Source: Candidatus Latescibacterota bacterium
GTDB taxonomy: Bacteria; Latescibacterota; UBA2968; GCA-2709665
NCBI GenBank assembly: GCA_965219455.1
Contig: OZ244744.1
Location: 4,032,001-4,096,000, forward strand
Length of the DNA stretch: 64,000 nt
Reading direction: 5' to 3'
Under the pieces are notes generated by a model. It did no database searches and was not told the DNA's origin. It worked only from the letters and a program-made list of their open reading frames with translations. A program made the translations under genes and the position numbers. Positions 59,150 through 64,000 of this stretch are shown one piece after another. Within the stretch, counting starts at the first letter, position 1. Every line of letters starts with the position of its first letter.

Positions 59150-60121
59150 TTACAAAGGTAACACCATCCCGATTTCCCGCTCCATAGCACGGCGATAAAC
59201 CAGTATCGCTGTGGCCATGTCTTCCAGGCCCAGGCCCAGATTGATCGCAATCGTGCGCTCCGTGTCCGACTCCCGTCCGGGTTTCAGCCCGGCCGCGATT
59301 TCACCAAGATCGGCATACGGTTCAGGTGTATCGCTGAAATAACCGGTCTGCCGGTAATAATTCAACTGATCGGTATCGTCGCTTGCCAGCTTGTCCGCTT
59401 CGCGGAATGCTTCGGCCCGAAAGCAGGAATCGAAATCCAGAGGGCATGCGAATGACCCCTCCGCCAGCCAGCCGGCGTCCACGACTGGCGCCGGTCGTTG
59501 CCTGACGGGTCCGCTGGTCACCACAAGGTCCAGTCCCTTGACGGCCTGTGAAACCTCGCGAACCGGCTCGATCCGCACCCCCAGTCGGGGTCCCATTTCC
59601 GCGGCGAATCGATCCGCAAGCTCAGGATAAAGATCGTACGCCTTAACTTCCCTGATGTCGAAAACACACGACAGCGCTTCGAGATTGCCGCGACCCTGAA
59701 CGCCACAGGCGACAATGCCAACCGTCGAGCTATCCTTGCGTGCCAGATACTTCGCGGCAACCGCCGTTGCCGCTCCCGTCCGCATCGCCGTGATCCATGT
59801 GCAATCCATAACGCACGTGGGAATGCCGGTTTCAGGATCGTTCAGAATCAACAGCCCGGTAATGTACGGCAACCCCTTCTCCTGGTTTGCCGGGTACCCG
59901 GATACCCACTTCATCCCCGCCGATTCAAGGCTGGGTATATACGCCGGCATCGCGTGGATAAACGCATCCGGCTGCGTATGGATGCCCGGCTTGGGTGGCA
60001 TTTCCACTTTCCCTTCTCCTTTTTCCACAAACATCCGGTCCAGCCCGTCGATGATTTCTGCCATCGACAGATTCACCGTTTCCACGTCGCTTCTCGAGAG
60101 ATACAATACCGTATCCGACAT
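59150..60121 (-). CDS. Ornithine cyclodeaminase/mu-crystallin family
   Basis: MPAY, GMKWV, ITAMRTGAA, GVQG, GLGLEDMA. Confidence 0.9.
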   Translation of the reverse strand: MSDTVLYLSRSDVETVNLSMAEIIDGLDRMFVEKGEGKVEMPPKPGIHTQPDAFIHAMPAYIPSLESAGMKWVSGYPANQEKGLPYITGLLILNDPETGIPTCVMDCTWITAMRTGAATAVAAKYLARKDSSTVGIVACGVQGRGNLEALSCVFDIREVKAYDLYPELADRFAAEMGPRLGVRIEPVREVSQAVKGLDLVVTSGPVRQRPAPVVDAGWLAEGSFACPLDFDSCFRAEAFREADKLASDDTDQLNYYRQTGYFSDTPEPYADLGEIAAGLKPGRESDTERTIAINLGLGLEDMATAILVYRRAMEREIGMVLPL

Positions 60122-60236
60122 TGGCGGCTCCTCGAGGAAAACTTGATGTACGATCCCGACTTGGTTATCTTCCGCCGAGTATCCCCCTCTCACCGAACCC
60201 GGATGGCGGACGCCGGGTTCGCGGGTTCACCGCCGA

Positions 60237-61034
60237 ATGACACCAATGAACAGTCTGACAGACGAACAGTGGGAACGGTTTGACGCCAGGGGTTATCTTC
60301 ACCTCGGCAGGGTTGCAGACGCGGCCGCGGTGGAAACCCTCAAGTGTCGTATTGACGATATCATGCTGGGCACGGCCCCGCTGGACTACGGCCGCATGCT
60401 GATGCAGCTGGACGTCGTCGAAGGCCGGGACGGCCCGGGACCACAGACCAGGGGGCACAAGGGCGCCACCCTGAACTACCGGAAAATTCAGGATCTGGAG
60501 TTCGACAACCTCTTCCTCGCCTACATGCAGAAACCGCTTTTTCGCAGCATTTGTGCCCGCGTCTACGGGAGGGATGCGGCGGTGGCCTGCTTCCGTGCCA
60601 TGTTTATGAACAAACCGGCCGGAAAAGGACACGACCTCACCTGGCACCAGGACCGCTGGACCGACCTCGACCGGGATCCACTCGTTACCGTCTGGACGGC
60701 TTTAGACGATGCCACCATCGAAAACGGCTGCGTCAAAATCATCCCCGGGTCTCACAAACGGGGCCTGGTCAACCCCGAAAACCCAAGTGGGTTTCTCGTT
60801 CCTGAGCAGATCGACGAACGGACGAGAAGGGTCGGGCACGTCTACCTGGAACTCGGCGCGGGCGAGGTCGTACTCTTACACAACTGGCTGTTGCACAGCT
60901 CCGGTACGAACCATACCGACGTTCCGCGCAGGGCATTCAGCGCCTGTTACATGCACGCGGCAACGAAATCTGCTCGCGGCGACGCTTTTCCGGTCATTTT
61001 TGGAACAGATGCATTGTCGCCGAAAACCGTATGA
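60237..61034 (+). CDS. PhyH-family dioxygenase (canonical HQD)
   Basis: MNKP, WHQD, WTALDDA..ENGC, PGSH, LLHSSG, RRAFS. Confidence 0.9.
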   Translation: MTPMNSLTDEQWERFDARGYLHLGRVADAAAVETLKCRIDDIMLGTAPLDYGRMLMQLDVVEGRDGPGPQTRGHKGATLNYRKIQDLEFDNLFLAYMQKPLFRSICARVYGRDAAVACFRAMFMNKPAGKGHDLTWHQDRWTDLDRDPLVTVWTALDDATIENGCVKIIPGSHKRGLVNPENPSGFLVPEQIDERTRRVGHVYLELGAGEVVLLHNWLLHSSGTNHTDVPRRAFSACYMHAATKSARGDAFPVIFGTDALSPKTV

Positions 61035-61086
61035 GGCTTCAAAAAGGTGGATCGGGCGCCGTCTCGGGGTTCCCGGCGGCCTATTG

Positions 61087-62205
61087 CTACACCCAGGCCC
61101 TCGAATCGGGCACATCCAGCCATGCGCCGTCATCTGCGATGGATGCCTGGCTGATCAGACCGGGAAGTGTCATATCCATGGCCTCGTGGATCCCAATTGG
61201 GCAGGGTGCCGTTCCCGCGATGGCGTTCACAAAATCAAGAATCTCGAAATAATCCCCTCCGCCGTGGCCCGCCTTTAGCGCATCTTCGGAAGGGTTTCGC
61301 CACATCTCCGGTATATATTCTTCTTCCAAATCCGACAGATCCATCCAGGAATTCCTGTCCTGGCACAAATCCGCCAGCCAGATACGGTGCGCCTCCCCTT
61401 TCGCACGTGCGGACTCATAACACCCGGTGGTGCCTTGAAGGGAATAGTTCGTCATTGAATGGGGTCGCTCCGACAGCATATCGACCCGAATCTTGATCAA
61501 CCCGCCCCGGGCGGTTTTGCACAGCATCACGCAGGAATCCTGATTCTCATATTGATTCCCTCGGGGATCTTCGTAATGATGTCCGCTGCCCTCGCAACAG
61601 ACCCGCGCCACCCGGTCGCCCGCCATCCATTGAAGAATCGGTCCCAAGCTGTGCGTGCCATAGGTTACGCCGTCGATCCCGGTCTGCCATTTCCGCCGCC
61701 ACGTGGTCTTCTCATTCAACCCCTTCAACTCGTGGATATACTCCCCCTCCGCATAATAAACCTCCCCGAACAGCCCGCGCCGCGTGAGCTCTTTCACGAG
61801 CACATTGGGTTTCATATACGTGAAATTTTCGGCCATCATGTATATTGCGTGGCTGGCAGTGGCGGCGACTACGAGACGTTTGCACTCGTCGACTGAAACC
61901 GACGCTGTCACCTCGCTCAGTACATGGACGCCCGACTCCAGGGCCGCGATCGCCTGCGGAGCGTGGAACTGCATTGGCGTGCCGATAACCACGGCATCCA
62001 GGTCGGATTTTTCCAGCATTACCTCGTAGTCTGCATAGGTCTCCGAGGCGCCCAGCTTTTCGGCCGCCGCATCCAGCATCTCCTCCCGGATATCGCAGAC
62101 GGCATGCAGCCGGGCGATGGGATGCGCGTCAAAAGCCGCCCTAAAACCTCCGCCTCTTCCCGCCGCGCCGGCAACGCCGACATTCAACCTCTCCAGAATG
62201 GCCAT
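61087..62205 (-). CDS. Gfo/Idh/MocA oxidoreductase
   Basis: IGTPMQFH, VLSEV, MAEN, YGTHSLGP, GHGGGD; start MAILERL after a GGGGAAG RBS. Confidence 0.9.
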   Translation of the reverse strand: MAILERLNVGVAGAAGRGGGFRAAFDAHPIARLHAVCDIREEMLDAAAEKLGASETYADYEVMLEKSDLDAVVIGTPMQFHAPQAIAALESGVHVLSEVTASVSVDECKRLVVAATASHAIYMMAENFTYMKPNVLVKELTRRGLFGEVYYAEGEYIHELKGLNEKTTWRRKWQTGIDGVTYGTHSLGPILQWMAGDRVARVCCEGSGHHYEDPRGNQYENQDSCVMLCKTARGGLIKIRVDMLSERPHSMTNYSLQGTTGCYESARAKGEAHRIWLADLCQDRNSWMDLSDLEEEYIPEMWRNPSEDALKAGHGGGDYFEILDFVNAIAGTAPCPIGIHEAMDMTLPGLISQASIADDGAWLDVPDSRAWV

Positions 62206-62356
62206 CTCGTCTTCCCCTGTCGGGTTGGAATGCGAATGAATCCTCGATGTCGGCGACCCGCAGAAAGGTCCGGGACCGCCACCGAAAGATCGAAAGTCCA
62301 TTGGCAGGCAGCCGCCATCAAGGCGTCGCAAACAAACGGATGTCGCGCGTGATGCG

Positions 62357-63148
62357 TCAGTTCCGCCCCGGTCGCTCGATCTTTCGCCGGGAGGCCGGAA
62401 CCCGGAAGCCATCCCCTATGAATACGTCGAGAGCCGGCCCCGACTTCAGGAAGTCCATAAACCGCCGAGTATTTGCGTCATCCCGTCCCATCACGATCGC
62501 AACGACATAAACAATCGTTTCATGCGTCTCGGCTGGAAACACGGCCAGCGCTTCCACCCGATCGCTGGAGGCCGCGTCGGTCGCATACACAACGCCTGCC
62601 GCGCAGGCGCCCTGTTCCACAAATGCAAGCGCAGAACGCACGTCCTGACCGGCGGCCAGGCGGCTGCTCAGATCCGCCCACCATCCAAGGCTGACGAGCG
62701 CCTGCTTCGCGTATATCCCTGCAGGAACGAGATCGGGATCCGCTACAGCCAGCGGCCCTTCGAACGCCGCGGCGAAATCAAATTCCTTCTCGCATACAAC
62801 GTCAAACCCCTTTCCCCTGGGAGCCACCACCACCAGCGCGTTGCCAAGCAGGTCGGTCCGGGTGTACGGGTGAATCAACCCCCGTAACTCCAGATAATCC
62901 ATCCACGCCGGATTCGCGGAGATGTAAACCTCGGCCGGCGCCCCCCGCTCGATCTGCCTGGCCAGTGTCGAAGACGCCGCGAATGAAAACCGGATATCTA
63001 CCTCGTTCTCCTTCTCGAATATTCTTTCAATCCGCTTCATTGAACCGATCAAGCTGACCGCGGCATACACCCGGACGGATTCAGCCTGAAGCCGTGAATT
63101 CATCCAAACCAATAGGACAAGACACCATGCCAACCGGAATACCGTCAT
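62357..63148 (-). CDS. modA: Molybdate ABC transporter substrate-binding protein
   Basis: Signal peptide, YAAVSL, FAASSTLARQIERGAPA, VPAGIYA, DVRSAL, VVYATDA. Confidence 0.92.
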   Translation of the reverse strand: MTVFRLAWCLVLLVWMNSRLQAESVRVYAAVSLIGSMKRIERIFEKENEVDIRFSFAASSTLARQIERGAPAEVYISANPAWMDYLELRGLIHPYTRTDLLGNALVVVAPRGKGFDVVCEKEFDFAAAFEGPLAVADPDLVPAGIYAKQALVSLGWWADLSSRLAAGQDVRSALAFVEQGACAAGVVYATDAASSDRVEALAVFPAETHETIVYVVAIVMGRDDANTRRFMDFLKSGPALDVFIGDGFRVPASRRKIERPGRN

Positions 63149-63378
63149 TTTCGATCTCAAGGACAGCCTGAATTTCCGTTGCGTCAGTCACGTCTTATTT
63201 AACAAAAAAACACCTTCCGTGCAAATCACTTTTTCTATGCCGAATCGCCCCGGAATGGCTCCGGCATTGGCCTGGTGCGCATCCTGAAAGATCAGAGGCA
63301 CCACCCGCCCCACTTGATAGCACACCCGATTTCATGTATACTATCGCCAACTTCATTTCACTGAAGGAAACCAATGCC

Positions 63379-64000
63379 ATGACGATTGACGTCAACCCGG
63401 GTCCGAACCCCGAAGTGCTGGAAGCCCAATCCCGGGTCTGCACCGGACCCCATCAATCCCGCCCGCTGGGTCTGAAGCCCGCAGACCCCCACCCCGGCCG
63501 TATTCTGGATCTGATTCTTTGTTCGGCCAGGGGTGAATTGCCCGATAGGCTGCGGGTATCGCCCGTTCAGATGGGCGCGTTCTTCGTGGCCATGGCCCTG
63601 CGACGCCACTTTCCGTCCAGGACAGGGTGGAGTTGCGCCGAAACGGGAGCTTTTGAAAAATGTCGTTCGGCCCTCCGTCAAGACCTGCCGTCCGAAATCC
63701 TCTATCTGCTGGACACGCGCACGAAACCGGAAGCGCAAAACGAACAGGAAGCGGTTCTCATTTCCGCTCTCGGTAAAATCCTCGCCGGGGAGCATCTCAG
63801 CTACGGCGGGACCCGCCGGATGTGCGAGGCCATCCTGAGCGGGCATGTGCGAGCCGCTCTCAAGGGCGCGGCGCTCATCGGCCAGAGGATGAATCGCGAA
63901 ACATACGACGAGGCGCGCGGATACCTGGACGCCGCGTTTGACCCGTCTGGCGTCGTGGAACTGAACGTTGGCTCGCTGACCCATTTCGGTGAACCGTACG
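63379..64000 (+). CDS. TrpD-like (glycosyltransferase family 3) protein, partial
   Basis: Not in the ORF track; translated from ATG 63379 (AAGGA RBS): MTIDVNPGPNPEVLEAQSRVCTGP...QMGAFFVAM...LIGQRMNRET...LTHFGEPY, open to the window end. Confidence 0.75.
   Translation, partial: MTIDVNPGPNPEVLEAQSRVCTGPHQSRPLGLKPADPHPGRILDLILCSARGELPDRLRVSPVQMGAFFVAMALRRHFPSRTGWSCAETGAFEKCRSALRQDLPSEILYLLDTRTKPEAQNEQEAVLISALGKILAGEHLSYGGTRRMCEAILSGHVRAALKGAALIGQRMNRETYDEARGYLDAAFDPSGVVELNVGSLTHFGEPY

Noticed and set aside
63150-63378. Possible molybdenum-cofactor riboswitch upstream of modA
   Set aside because: Some hairpins are present but I could not match the Moco RNA consensus; needs an Infernal search
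63358-63984. 208-aa minus-strand ORF
   Set aside because: The plus-strand TrpD-like frame has an RBS and recognisable motifs
1-64000. CRISPR array, prophage, integron or autonomous IS
   Set aside because: No regularly spaced direct repeats and no cas, phage, integrase or transposase genes recognised by eye

Overview
GC-rich bacterial chromosomal window, densely coding (about 59 CDS, one tRNA-Pro(TGG)); I saw no rRNA, CRISPR array, integrase or transposase. Content is mostly catabolic or accessory enzymes (2 sulfatases, 4 PhyH-type Fe(II)/2OG dioxygenases, 3 enolase-superfamily enzymes, Gfo/Idh/MocA oxidoreductases, peptidases, 2 MFS) mixed with housekeeping genes (pdxJ, kbl, mqnB/mqnD, nagB, prs, modA). 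This repertoire and a C-terminal GDFDGDGDVDFNDFL motif protein resemble Latescibacterota/Gemmatimonadota/Poribacteria-like genomes (inference only). Best leads: (1) a tandem QueF pair in which the first copy has lost the catalytic Cys/Asp but keeps the substrate-anchoring Glu residues; (2) two related PhyH enzymes whose HxD iron motif is replaced by HGG (halogenase-like) and HMH (possible 3-His); (3) a CARF-like sigma54 activator beside a secreted nuclease and a HAD/enolase/GH3/P450 cluster; (4) an ACP tightly linked to a Re-citrate-synthase-like enzyme; (5) a MITE family with a nested palindromic insertion, one end of which supplies a gene's stop codon; (6) a plant-type TrpD-like protein at the right edge. 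All family calls come from motif recognition; no database searches were run.
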